A DNA stretch of 63,958 nucleotides, filler included, from Blastocystis sp. subtype 4 (Eukaryota): the NCBI RefSeq assembly GCF_000743755.1. It is 5 parts of 5 records of this genome, joined end to end, with 100 filler letters (N's around TTAATTAATTAA, not from the genome) between each part and the next. Parts side by side here need not be neighbours in the genome. Positions count along the whole stretch, not along the records: positions 29,505 to 43,913 come from NW_014569281.1; positions 44,014 to 58,276 come from NW_014569280.1; 3 more parts are not named here. One strand, 5' to 3'. Every line of letters begins with the position of its first letter. Position 1 is the stretch's first letter. A program made the position numbers and the translations under genes. This document shows, piece after piece, positions 38,651 through 51,595 of this stretch. Below the pieces are notes generated by a model, which was given only the letters and a program-made list of their open reading frames with translations, did no database searches and was not told where the DNA came from.

Positions 38651-39698
38651 ATGGGAACTGTTGAATCTGTAACAGAGACAACTGGTGAGCCTCCTCCATG
38701 TACAGTCCATCAGGAAACTTGATCATTAGCCCTTGTTGATACGTCGATGAGTCGAACGTTATCTAAATTTGATTCCTCCATAGCACCGGTATTTCCAGCT
38801 GTAGAATTGGATTTTGTGTGTTTAGATATAGTACACTCCTAAAACCTTATACAAAGTGGAATGTCCTGTATTTATTCGGCGTAAAACGATATGTATAAAA
38901 GAATCCAAGGATCATCCGAATCAGTATGCGATTGCTTTCGAAGGAACTTGTAAACGGCCGTGTGACATTCGAGTGTAGGAATGTAGATATCTTGTAATAT
39001 AGATATACGTTTGCAAGAGAGATTGTTGGTGAGAATGAATACACAACTGGAATTAGTCTTCTTCCATGTGTGGATAGAGAACAACGGGAAGACCCTCCTT
39101 TGATTCACATGGATATTGTAGTGAAGCAAGAAGGAACTAAGAAATAGAGTGACAGTTTTGTATTTGATGGATGGAAATACAACTGTGGGATTCTCAACAA
39201 GGAGCAAATTCAACAACAGAAGGTGGACTTGACACACTCATGGTCAGTGATCATTCGTAATCGTAGTATCATTGCTTAAGTAATAGGAATGACAGTAAAT
39301 TCTCCTCCAGCAAATATGGTATCCGATCTATTATCATTCTTTGTTGTTCGAGTTGTAGGAACAGAAGCACATATCAAATTGATCACACAGAAGGGTTTGA
39401 TTCAGAATCGCGGTTATTTCATATCAGATATGTATGGACTGGATGAGATGACGAATGGAAGTGAAGAGGAGAAGGAGTGTGTCGTATGTATGACCAATAA
39501 ACGAGATACCTGTGTTTTGCCATGTCGTCATGTGTGTTGTTGTGCTGACTGTGCCAATACTCTACGGTTACAATCTGATAAATGTCCTGTGTGTCGAAAA
39601 CCTATGACAGAATTAGTGTATCTCTCTGTGAATCCACAGTATTTGAATGGTGAAGTCGATAAGGAAGGAAAGACGAATATTGAAATGCAATCGATGTA
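38651..39698 (+). CDS. MGRN1/RNF157/LOG2-like RING E3 ligase; stop probably completed by poly(A)
   Basis: MG start (possible myristoylation), DMYGL, ECVVCMTNKRDTCVLPCRHVCCCADCANTLRLQSDKCPVCR. Confidence 0.85.
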
Positions 39699-39702
39699 TT
39701 TG

Positions 39703-39710
39703 TGTTTGTT
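39703..39710 (+). terminator. TGTTTGTT polyadenylation element (RING ligase)
   Basis: tcg atg TA|tttg TGTTTGTT. Confidence 0.8.
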
Positions 39711-39835
39711 ATATGAGGTGTATATTTGATTTGAACAATCAGGATCATAGAACGAGTGACTGTGATCATGTAACCAACAGTCATATGGTGTGACTATCAT
39801 TGCGTATTACCAATGATCAAGTATAATCGTTTCTC

Positions 39836-39843
39836 AACAAACA
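39836..39843 (-). terminator. TGTTTGTT polyadenylation element (Miro)
   Basis: cgt ggt T|ggat TGTTTGTT. Confidence 0.8.
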
Positions 39844-39847
39844 ATCC

Positions 39848-42079
39848 AACCACGTCTCCTCCATATAATAATACCACTCACAATCACCCCAAGAATCATA
39901 CCAATAGTACCCACTTTCCATAGTGTTGTATTGACTGTTTTATCATTCGACTTCTTCAATATACAAATATCTCTATTCATCATTCATTTTCCATATTTTT
40001 TACGGAAATACAGCACAATCAAACAGAATAGGGAACAATCGATCTTGAGCAGATCGATTTGTTATTAATGGTTCTTCCAAACCATGTTCTTCAGCAAACT
40101 CTTTGACTTGATTTCTTATAATATCTTCTTCTACTGACTACATGTCATATTTCATCTCTTTTCACACTTTCTTCATCAAATCACTTTTTGTTTCCACGAT
40201 TACCACTTTACTATCATTTGGTAGTTTCTTCACAATTCGTTCCATAGTTAGAATCGATCGTGGTTTTGTCACATCTACTAACAGACAGAACAAATCACAT
40301 ATTGAGGAATAGTGGTCAATACAATCATCCTCATAAATTTCACTTACTTCTGTAACACATAACGTTCCCATCTCTCCATGTCCTCTAGCTACTACAGCCA
40401 CACTTGTCTGATACTCTTTGGTAGGCACATAATAAGGACTGAGTGGCATTTTCATCAGTCGTCGAATCAACGAAGTCTACTCCAATCATCACTTCATAGG
40501 ATCCTTACCTTCCCTACACCTTGTGCTCCCATTATAAACACATGAACAATAGAACTGTGCCACACTCCAAACTCTCGCCAATCATCTGTCTTAGCTCGGA
40601 CAGGAGTCAGTACATCTTCGATCGAATCTGTCCAGCCTAGATACACGATGGCCTCGGCAGTGATTGCAGGAAGAACACGTAAACGAAGCTGCCATTCAGC
40701 TAACCATGCTGTTCCGTCAATATGACCTTGTTCATCCATCTCACAATGCATAGAAATCATTGTTCCCAGTCTAATAATCAATCATTCACAGATGGTACAA
40801 AGGATTGTCTGGATTTGTGAATTGGTCATAGTGATGAGGTGGAAGGGAGGATAGAATGGCCTTCAACTCTGTGGATGTGATAGAACCGTCATGATCACTA
40901 TCATAAGCTCGAAAGATCTGAAATGAGAATGATAGAGAGATCTTACTTGAAGAAGGAACTGTCGACATTCCACCGAGAGTTCATAGTGAATGCTTGGAAA
41001 TATCGAGATTTGAGGAATGGAAAGATGAAGTGAATCATCATACTGCATGGCTTTTAGAACTGTCCACACTGTCTCAGGACGGTCTCGAAGAATGAATAGT
41101 CGCATGAGAGTAAGGAAACCAGATTCTGAAATACCATTTGTACTGTTCTCTCCTTCTGCATCAATCATTCTCTTGATATTTGTGATCTCATCCTGAGATA
41201 ATGAACTACCAAAACAATGATTCTAGACTTATAGGAGAGGTGTTCTGAGTACTTGGAAAGCGTTGAGCTCCTCATCAGACATAATACGTGAATGACTTCT
41301 ATTAAACATACGAAAGATATGTCGTAGTGCTGCTTCTGCTGTAGGTGTTAGAGACTATAATGAATTCGCCGCTCCTAACGTACAGAAGTTGATCGATCTA
41401 ACAGTGGTGCAATTGGATAGATGATAGCCTTTTCTGCATAGAACAGGATTTTATCGAGATTATATTGGTTTTTGGCTGAACATTCTAGACAGACTTCCAC
41501 ATTCTATCTTCAAGACAAGAATTCATTTCTTACACTATTTGCTGTCATTGTCCGACCAAAGAAATTGTGTAGATCGTCTTTCATATCATCTGGTACCAAA
41601 TCACACTTGTTAGCAACAATGATAACAGGAGTCTAGAGATAATGTACTGATTTTAAAGAGACATTTGGAACAATCTTCCGCAAGAGAGGATTCCAAAAAC
41701 TAAAGAACCGATCCTGCATTTCAGAATCATTGGCAACGACAAAGACAACAACTACATCTGCCTACATATAACATCCATTTCACCAGTTCAACAAGTCTCA
41801 TAAGATCCTGAACTGTCACTTTATCTTCTTCATAGGCTATTATTCAAATATAAAAATCACAGCAAACAAGAAGAATCATTTAGAATGAGAGAAGTGTGGG
41901 ATTGAGAGTAATCTGGATCGATTCGGAGTTCATCGGCAACAGACGATACACTACTTTCAAAACACTCGTTACGGATTGATTCGATCACGGTCGTTTTTCC
42001 ACAATTAGCTACAAGGATTATGGATTCTTCATTGTTCTCTACAATCACCGACAACGACAATACGAATCGAGTTTCTCAT
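39848..42079 (-). CDS. RHOT1: Mitochondrial Rho GTPase Miro; stop probably completed by poly(A)
   Basis: N-terminal GTPase (IVVVGD..CGKTT, NKCD, ECSAK), EF hands (FRAYDSDHDG), second GTPase (GAQGVGK) and C-terminal TM followed by WRRRG. Confidence 0.9.
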
Positions 42080-42161
42080 ATTTAAACCACTACTCGTTTC
42101 TTCTAGAAGAGGATTGATCAAAATGGGGATCCCAACAAACATCTGATATAACCCAATTCTA

Positions 42162-43887
42162 TCATTTACCTCCTCTTCCCTGCATCACCTTCATTCCTCC
42201 CAGATTCATTTTCTGTCCACGCATTCCTCCCATTGCTGATCCCATCATGTTCAAATTAGGTGGCTGAGCCTCCAGTTGGGCCTGTTGACTCTTTGGATTC
42301 TTCACAGTCTCATCTACGGAGAGGATTACACATGCAGCCTCACATGCTGAACTAAGTGAATTGACCTTGGAAGCTAGAGGTTCCCACACTCCCTTCTCTA
42401 ATGTGTCGCAGATATCTTCCTTATCAATATCCACACCCATCCAACAGACATCGGTAGCCATATGATGAACATGACGTAATCGATTCATGATCTCTGTGGA
42501 TGCGAATCCTGCATTATCACAGAGCTGACGAGGAATCACTTCTAATGCCTGTGCCAATCCTTCTACTACCAACTGCACCTTTCCATCAATTGTCCTTGCG
42601 TAGCGCTTCAACGCTGTTGATTCTGACATCTCCACAGCACCTCCTCCACCAACTACACGATTGCTATGAATGCACTTCTTGGTTACCATCAATGAGTCAT
42701 GAATCGATCGCTCTGCTTCTGCAAGGAACTGTTCAGCACCACCTCGGAGGATGAATGTGGAGGTAGTGGCAGCCTGACATTGCTTGAACACATTGTATCG
42801 TTTGCTACCAATCTGAACCTCCTCAAACACACCACAGGTGCCCAACACATCATTCTTCACACCATACACAGTTGATTGGATCTTAGCTCCAGTAGCTCGC
42901 TCAATACGCTTGATATCCTCATCAGATATTCGACCTGCACAGAATACACCTCGATCAGCGAAGTACTGAGTAGCTAGATCACCAATAGGGAGACGAGAGA
43001 GTACGATGTTGGCTCCCAGCTGAATACATCGGTCCAACTTCTCGTATATGATGGACCATTCAGCATCCACGATACTCTGATACTGATCAGGATTGATTCG
43101 AATCTAATGATCAGTCCTATCAACCTCATTCACCTCTGCATTATCACGCTCACTCTTCAGTTCCAACTCCAGATTCAGAAGTAGGATCTTTGGGTTATCG
43201 AAATACTTTGGCTGTTGCTCGAAACCGGCATACGAAAACGTCTTCTCGAAGGCTACTCCACGGATCAATGTAGAATCTGTCACACTTCCTCCTGAAACCT
43301 TCTTGATCCCTACCAAACCTAAATCAAGATCATCATCGAGGGAACACACTGCATCCACAATCATAGGTGCAAAGTAATCACGATGACTTCGAATTAATTT
43401 AGAGTTCAGAGCCGTCCCTGCAACCTTCTCTAACATCTGACGCTTCTTCTCAGGTTCTTCCTCGGAAACTGTGATTGCTACATCATTTAAATGATCCATA
43501 ACCTTCTTTAGACCTTGACGGATGCCTCGAATCACCACCTGAGCATGCATTCCCTCGTTGATGAACTCTTTTGAAATCTTGAGAATTTCTGCAGCCAGCA
43601 ATACAACTGTAGTCGTTCCATCGCCAACTTCAGCGTCCTGTGCTTGAGCAATGTCAACAAGTGTCTTTGCAGCAGGATGAACAATGTCAAGGAGCTTCAT
43701 AATGCTAGCTCCATCATTTGAAATAACGGGTTTCTGTGTAGTTTGTACCAACTTGTCCATTCCACGAGGACCGAGTGTAGAACGAATTGCATCAGCTACT
43801 GCTTCACAAGCATTGATATTGCTAATCAATTGGCCTCGTCCTTGACTTGTATCGGTTCCATCCTTCAGAAGGATGATTTGAGGTTGC
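42162..43887 (-). CDS. CCT7: T-complex protein 1 subunit eta; 5' end cut by gap
   Basis: [57 protein letters not shown]. Confidence 0.95.
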
Positions 43888-43913
43888 TATAGAATCAGCA
43901 AGAACAGTACTCA

Positions 43914-44013
43914 NNNNNNNNNNNNNNNNNNNNNNNNNNNNNNNNNNNNNNNNNNNNTTAATTAATTAANNNNNNNNNNNNNNNNNNNNNNNNNNNNNNN
44001 NNNNNNNNNNNNN
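43914..44013. other. Assembly gap linker
   Basis: N44-TTAATTAATTAA-N44. Confidence 0.97.
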
Positions 44014-44112
44014 AATCATCAGATAGTTGTTTATCATATATTAATGAATTGACTACATTTGTTTCTTATCAATCTCATCATTGTTAGAATCTTGTTATTC
44101 ACTCTTGATTTG
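44014..44112 (+). repeat. 99-bp repeat, copy 1 (contig end)
   Basis: Exact reverse complement of 54288-54386. Confidence 0.93.
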
Positions 44113-44139
44113 TTATAATCGGGAATATTATTGGAAGAG

Positions 44140-44976
44140 ATGAAATTGTATAATATTATGGAATGACAAAAGAAGAGTATCATTTGTGTTGACGGCACTT
44201 CAATAATAGATATTTATCTACATTGATCCAATTTATCAAGAGAGTATTGTGGAAATGGATCAACCTATTATACCTGAGGAAGAAATCGTTACAACTGTTA
44301 TCAGTCAACTGTTAGAATGACTTTGTAGTGTCTAGAAATCAATAATCAGTTTATATCAGCAATAGCCGAGAATCAAAATCTTGCTCGTTTTCCTGATGCT
44401 ATACAGTTGGTTTATCTGCTTATTTTCATGTAGATATTTGAAGCTGTTGGCTAAGAATCTAAAATATCTTGGTGATCATTGTGATACTAATGTAGAAGTA
44501 AAGAATAGTGGTGTATAATATACTCTAATGTTTGTTGAACGTATCTGCTATCTTTTGTGTGTAGTTTTCTCATTCATTTGTTCTTCATGAGTGACGACTT
44601 GTCTCTAGGTTGTTTCTGTAGTATTGTTAATGAGTCCAGATGTTGCCAAGTTCTGTCAGGAGTGGATCAAGACTCAAGATGACGTAGTTGTAAGGCCATG
44701 TATGAAATACGCCGTGAATATGTTCTAGTATCTCCAGAATCAAAAGAGGCTATTGATTCTGGTACTTTGGTGAAAGAGTCTATTCCAGTCTTTTACTTAG
44801 ATGCAGACAAGAAGGTACATAACAAAGAGCATAAATCTGAGTTGTTTTCTATTATTGATTTCACAGTTAGAACCTCTGTGATGGTTTCCAAACATAGTAG
44901 TAAGAAAAGGGAAAAGAAACACCATAAAGAGAAAAAACATGATAAAAAGAAAGAAAAGAAGGTAACAAAAGAATAG
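44140..44976 (+). CDS. Hypothetical protein with Lys/His-rich C-terminus
   Basis: Short exons with ~30-nt introns ending in ORF 44698-44976; TGTTTGTT 8 nt after the TAG. Confidence 0.45.
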
Positions 44977-45033
44977 TTCTGCATTGTTTGTTATTAACAG
45001 GGAATACAAATATATATGCAAACTGCAATTGAA

Positions 45034-46217
45034 TTAGTCATCTGACAATGAATCTTTCTCAACATCTGTTTGATCATCTGGATTAAGCAATTCTTTAACC
45101 ACAATCTTGTCTTTCTCTTCTTCCTGACGATTAATTGCTATTCGCTCCATAGCATATGAGAAAGATCCTCCAACAACTAGAATAATCCCAAGTAATCCCT
45201 TTTTGGTAATAGTGGTGTGGTAGAAATATGCACCCATAAACGTCTATTTGATAGATATATTATGATCCTACTTGTATGCAATTCTTCATTACACCGGAGA
45301 TGTTATGGGATAGACTACTCGTATACTGAATCTGAAGATACGTCGTAATACCAACAAAAAGACCAATAATTCCAGCTAATCATGATCTTCTTTTTGATCA
45401 CCTACAAACATAAATCCAGAAGAAGAATTTTGGTGTTAGTTCCTTTCTATGCTCCCAGATAATAGGAACCTCACCATTTAAAATACTAATGAATGGAAGG
45501 ATAAGACAACTATTAAAATTGGTATAAAATGTCAATAGATATCGATTATCAATGACATTGGACAAATATCGTTTCAAATAAATGGTATAGAAAGTACCTA
45601 CAGCACTTGCCCCCACACCAAAGAGTGTTCCTCGCAATGAGAAGTTGATTTCACCATCAACACCAGCGATGTAACCAACAACAATAGAGAGACATGATAA
45701 TACTGTTCGTAAAGACGACTTTTCTCCAAACATCACAAAACTACATCTTATGTGACATAATAAACATACTTAATGAGTGGTATCATTGGAATACCAAGAG
45801 AACGAGAAATCTGATAGAAAGATACTTCCACATACTTTAAACATAGATTACTCATAGTAACCATCAAACAAAAGAGTACGGAAAGAGGAAATACTCTTTT
45901 TGCCATCTTCCAAGAAAAGCTACGAATTAGAAGATAACTGGAAAAATAACATTATATTCGGATAACTTGGAAAGTATTTTGTACGTTGATTAATGATTGA
46001 GAATAGATACAGACTTAGCGTTGGAGCGATGAACTGAACAAAGGTAACAAAGTAAGGAACGTCGAATTCTCTTTTCGAATTTGAATAAACAAACCTATTT
46101 AATCACATAATGCCTTAGAAGAACCTACTTATTCATGAAAATGGCTGCCCATGACGTACACCAATATAGAAGAACTACTCCAACAATCACATACAGCGGA
46201 GTCCTTTTCTCAGCCAT
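45034..46217 (-). CDS. Second SLC35C1-like nucleotide-sugar transporter paralog
   Basis: MSNLCLKYVEVSFYQISRSL, GVDGEINFSLRGTLFG, TSSLSHNISGVMKNCIQ. Confidence 0.8.
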
Positions 46218-46373
46218 TTTTGTCGAGAACATCAAAATAATCATTGTTCCACGGGAATTGAACACTATCGATTGGTATAATATATCTTGATCCTAATATC
46301 TCGTCAAGTTCTATGGAGCCTCTTCGTCGTAGTATATGAAAGGGAGTCATACTGATTAGGCTCAGATAGCGTG

Positions 46374-49300
46374 ATGAGTAAACGGGAGACAGAAGTGGAA
46401 TCTTTAGCGGCAATCTATCCGGATGAATGTATATACAAGGGAAAGAAGAAAGGCGTAATTACCATCCAGATGTTTATTCCTGCCGTGTTCGGACGAGAAT
46501 CTTATTCATCTGCTACATTACTCATTCGTCTCCCAAAGGATTATCCTTCGATTATGTATTTCTTTGATTTTGTAGATTATGTGTAGTCCATATATCACAA
46601 TCGAGTCATCTACTGGATTGACTACGAATGATGTGCTTTTTAGCAAATCTGTTGAGATGTAGATTACTGACTTGTCGATTTATATCACTACCCAGTGCCG
46701 AGAGTTTAGCAAGCGAAATGAAGTCTATTTATATGATCTGATTCTGGCTGTTCAAGAGTTTCTTCAAACACATAATGCCAAGGAAGTGATTGTGGTTGTT
46801 TTTGTTAACATTTAGATAGAGTTGTGCCATCAAGCAGATACTTTGAAACTGGCTCGAAGTGAAAGCAGCAATTCAGCTGCAATCTACAAGGGATATTCTG
46901 ATGTTTTTACTATGCAAGCAGTATTCTATTGAATGATTATTTCATATAGGATTTTAACGACATGCGTAATCGACTTGCTCAGTTTCATGTCTCAAATGGT
47001 TCCAGCTGATGAAATTGGTACTATGTAGATGGTTCTGCTCTTCCCTTTCAGGCTTATCACCATCAGCCTGAAGATGGTGATATGACAGTACTTCGGAAAG
47101 GAGATCATGCTATCGCAGTTGATGTAACAGTCCAACCCAAAGAAAACGTGATTGATGAGAGTAAGGTATCTGTAGGTTATCGTTTCTCTTGATTATTTAG
47201 TCCTCATCCAGTCGATTCAATGAAGAGTTTATTGTGAATCGTGTCATTGGTCGAGGAGGATACGGACTGATCATGCTATGTACTCATCGTTTGGATGGTA
47301 TGCAGTATGCTGTTAAAGAACTCTGTCTGGACAATACTGAAGTTGAGAATAAGAAGATCTTGAGAGAAGTACATATGTTAGCATTGATGAAGAACCGGTA
47401 TATTTGTCGATACAATAGCGTAGTACTTAGTATCATTATATCATGTAGTGTTGGGTTGAGGATGGTTCAAAGAATGAAGATGATTCATATCAATTGAGTG
47501 ATGAAGAGGATGAGGATGAAGCAATTGATGATACAACACTTACGTGGGGTCGAGAGAGTCATCAACTCAGTTACTTCCATTATTCTAATGCTCTGAGCGA
47601 TCAGAAGGATCTGTCCTCTGTAATACCTTCTAACGAGGATCATATCAATGAGATTGCTGATAGTGCTTTTGATTATGTATCTGATAGTGACTCTGAATCA
47701 TCCGAGTCTTCCGACTCATATGACTCGACTGAGTCTACCAGTGACGATTCTACCAGTGACGACTCTACATCCACTACTTGCTCATCTCTGAACGATTCAA
47801 GTGTTGATAATCGATATGCTGATCTCATTGAATCTCAATCAGCCTCTCAGACAGATTCGAAGACGAACCAGTCTATTTCAGCTGAACAGAAGAAGAGTAC
47901 ATCCAGTAGTACTCCAAAGATTCGTAAGTTGTATATTCAAATGGAGTACTACAAGAATGGAACATTAGATGATATGATTCAACGAGGAGATGTGAGAGTC
48001 CTAAACCTGGATAATGAATAGTTATACAAGAATAAGGCTTTGATATGGAGGATTCTAAGTAATGTAGATATTTGTGTTTCTCTTCATGAATAGTTGTTAA
48101 ATGGCCTTCAATATGTTCATAAGTAAGATATTTACCATAATAATCAACGCAAGATTGAATATTGTTCATCGAGATCTCAAACCATCCAATATCTTCTTTG
48201 ATGATGAAGGTACTGCCAAGATTGGAGATTTTGGACTGGGATATTTTATCAATCGAGAGACAAGTGTCTCAATTGATGATATTGAGGCTGCAGAAAATGG
48301 GAAAGAGAGTAAAGATGGCCAATATACTTCTGGTATCGTTGAGTGAAGAGGATCATGAATAGCAATTGGTACTTTACTGTATGCACCTCCAGAACAATTA
48401 GCAAACAGAAAAGCATTGAAAGAGAATAAGAGAGAGATCCCAAATCGTATTACACCAAAAGTCACTTTGAGTGGGTTTACTGATTGATAGGCTGATGTAT
48501 TTTGTGTGGGCTTGATGCTCTATGAAATGTTACTTCCTCCTATGCGAACCTTTAGTGAAAAACATGTTCGGTTTGAAGAAGCACGTATTGGAAAACTTGA
48601 TCCTTCCATCCAAGGAACCATCTATGAGAAAATGATCCTTCATTGTCTTGAAGTGAGGGAGAATACAAGAAATGAAGTATAGAAGGATCCAGAGAAGCGC
48701 CCTACAGTGGAACAAGCAATGGAATACTTGATGATGAGTAACAATGATATGTCATTGAATAAGGAGAGCTTGAATCAAGTTGTAGCATATATCAATCATA
48801 CCGAGGTATCTTAAGGATTATCATATCATTGTAGAATAGCGTTTATCCAACAATTGTGAAGACTCTCTTTGAACGGGTTGATGCTGAGATGATGTCTAAT
48901 CTATAGCAAGTAACCGAAGGAGAGAAAGTCAGCTTTTATCATGAATTATTGAAGAATGACACAAGTCCTCTTTACATTTATGATCTTATCTGTAAACGAG
49001 GAGAAAGGGTGAAGGTGTGTGCTTGTTTTCATTCATAGAGACAGATTCGTGATGATGTTCAGCAGTGTCTGGAGCAAGTTATTCGTCAATATGGTTATTA
49101 TCAATTGGACTCTCCAATCATTCTTCCTCAAACAGATTACTTCCGTTATCTGTTGTTGCTTCTGTTCATCCTAATTCGTAGCTTCCCAAAACAGAGTGCT
49201 ATTCTTGATGCATTCGGTACTCCAAGTATCTTACGACCTGATCTGCGAACATCATTCTTAACATATTATGGTCGATGTGTGAATACCACGATTCGGCGCT

Positions 49301-51475
49301 ATGAGTTCGGTACTGTATTTAAGGCAGCATTGGGAAGAGGAGGAGATAGCACATATCAGTATTCCGCATCAATTGATAATGTGTGGCTTCAGAAGTAGTC
49401 CAGGGAATGATGTGTCACATCTAGGGGTAAACAGTCTGCAACTGGTGTATTGTATGTGTGGGAAGCAGTACTCCTTTCTTGCCATCTCTTGAAGACTCTT
49501 TCAATTCTTATTTCTCAACCTCTTCAACTTCGTATCAATCACGTTGGGGTACAACTTTGTTGGTCTTCTAATTGTAGATTCTCTCTACAATTTTGGAGCA
49601 GTATGGTTTTATGGATATTAGCAGCAAGAAACAGGTGGTAGAGAAGTTATGTGGTATTCAAAAGTATCATATCGCCTTTATGGGTGGCAGAAATAGTCAG
49701 AATTATTACCAAATCTGATGGATAGGTATAAGTGTGAAAGAGAGTACCTCACGTCTCCAAATGATGTTGGAATGCAAAAGGAACATGAGATGTAGAGACA
49801 AACAAATATCGGATATTCTGTTGGTGGATCTTCATGAAGCTGAAATCCTTCGCAGTTTGCTCTTCCTCCCTGAAGATCCAATTAGGTGGATGGCTGTTGG
49901 TTCCGATCTATTGGTTGACTCTTAGGGAATGAGTGGTTTAGTCGAGAAATTGATTGCAGTACGTGAAGGACGAATTTGTAGTGATGACACCAGTTTCCTA
50001 CGACAATGTGTGAAGGAAACCGAAGAGTTTGTGAATATTATCAAAGAAGTCCTTGTTTTGATACTTGTTGAGTCTAGAATTCATTCCCAGATATACGAGG
50101 GAAGTTAATCTTTGATGCTCTTCTTCTCCCTCAAGGTCGTGATCAGAATTACGATTTTTACTATGCTTCCATGTGTACAAAGCCTCCTCATCCAAGCATC
50201 GTTTCATCTTCCAATCCATCAGCCACACTACAAGAAGGAACAGATCGTTATTGCATTCCTCGTCGTCCTGTCGGTCGTAAGTTACCTAAGGAGATAGATT
50301 ATGTTCTTCTTTATGTAAGTGTAAACGAATGATGTGACCAATAGGGAGGTCGATTTAATCATGAACTATGTAAATATGGTATTGCGGCAATTCCTCCTTT
50401 TTTTGTTAAATCAGATTCAGGATTGAGTGTTGGTAGGAAAGTGGAATGAAAATAAGATGTAGGTACAACGAATATCACTCTTCATATGGAGAATATCACA
50501 TCAGTTTTACTCACTGTGGGCAACTATGTATGATCAGAGTAAGTGATTGAACTGTAGATCAAAGTATTGAAGAAGGCATTTGTTCCTTGTTATGATTCAC
50601 CTTTCATTTTGATTCTCCCTCAGACTGAAAAAGGTGTGACTCTAGCAACTCTTCAATGTGCTTATGCTTGTTGGAAAGAACACTATCGAGTGAGTTCCTT
50701 TGGTTTCTGTAAGTATCTAGTGTACTTGGTGGGATCTGTGTAAGCGTTCAGCTTCTTTGTCGTATATCTCATATTGCAAAGATCATCATATAAATTACGT
50801 TATTCAGTGTGGTTGTTCTTCTGATGTATAAGATCTTGGATAACTATATCCTAGGCATTTACCTTATATCGAGTACCTCTTCGAGATGTATCATTACACT
50901 TCGTGACATCTGGTTCTATGAAGAGTCTTATCACCTATCTGCATGATAATCCAGGATCCAAAGCAGAACGGGAGGCAACTCGTACAAATACTTCTGTTAT
51001 TATTCGAAAAGGATCAGCTAATAATGATCGAAAGAACAGTATATCACAATCTACAAATTCTACACCCAGTGAGGTCATTGTGGACAATTCTGATTCTAAT
51101 GATGACCAATTTGAATTCTTAAATTCGGAAACAAGGAAAAAGCGAAATAGTGATATAGCTGTTAGACAAGTATTATTAAAGGCTCGAATTGTGGGAATTG
51201 AATTGTTCTTTTTATTTTTAGAAGAATACTGCCTATGTGATCATGATTCGATCGAAGATCTCGAAGGTACGAGAAATTGTTTCATTGATTCTTGCAAATG
51301 AGAGTATTGTGAGTTACTTGTCTAAATCCACGGCAATTCAAATCCAACATGCTGTGAAAGAGTGTAAACGCGATTGTCTAATTGTTTATTCACTGGGTGA
51401 TGATCTTTTTGATGTTATCTTCCTGTCGTCTTTAGGTGATGTTAGCAGAATTGCCGATGATTATAAGAAGAAATA
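46374..51475 (+). CDS. GCN2: eIF2-alpha kinase GCN2 (RWD, kinase, HisRS-like); stop probably completed by poly(A)
   Basis: RWD ([16 protein letters not shown]); kinase IGRGGYG, YAVK, acidic insert, [20 protein letters not shown]; HisRS-like LRPDLRTSF. Confidence 0.88.
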
Positions 51476-51479
51476 CGTC

Positions 51480-51487
51480 TGTTTGTT
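51480..51487 (+). terminator. TGTTTGTT polyadenylation element (GCN2)
   Basis: aag aaa TA|cgtc TGTTTGTT. Confidence 0.8.
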
Positions 51488-51595
51488 CAATACACGATGA
51501 CCACGGGAATCCCTCTATTCTGACAACACTGTAACTGGATGCGTTGAATCCATGTTAATCGCAACTATCACTGTTCATTCTTATTTTCGACTATT

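Noticed and set aside
42500..42754. Antisense or alternate-frame ORFs in the track (e.g. 42500-42754, 60264-60617, 25886-26338)
   Set aside because: Shadows of conserved genes on the other strand with no recognisable motifs
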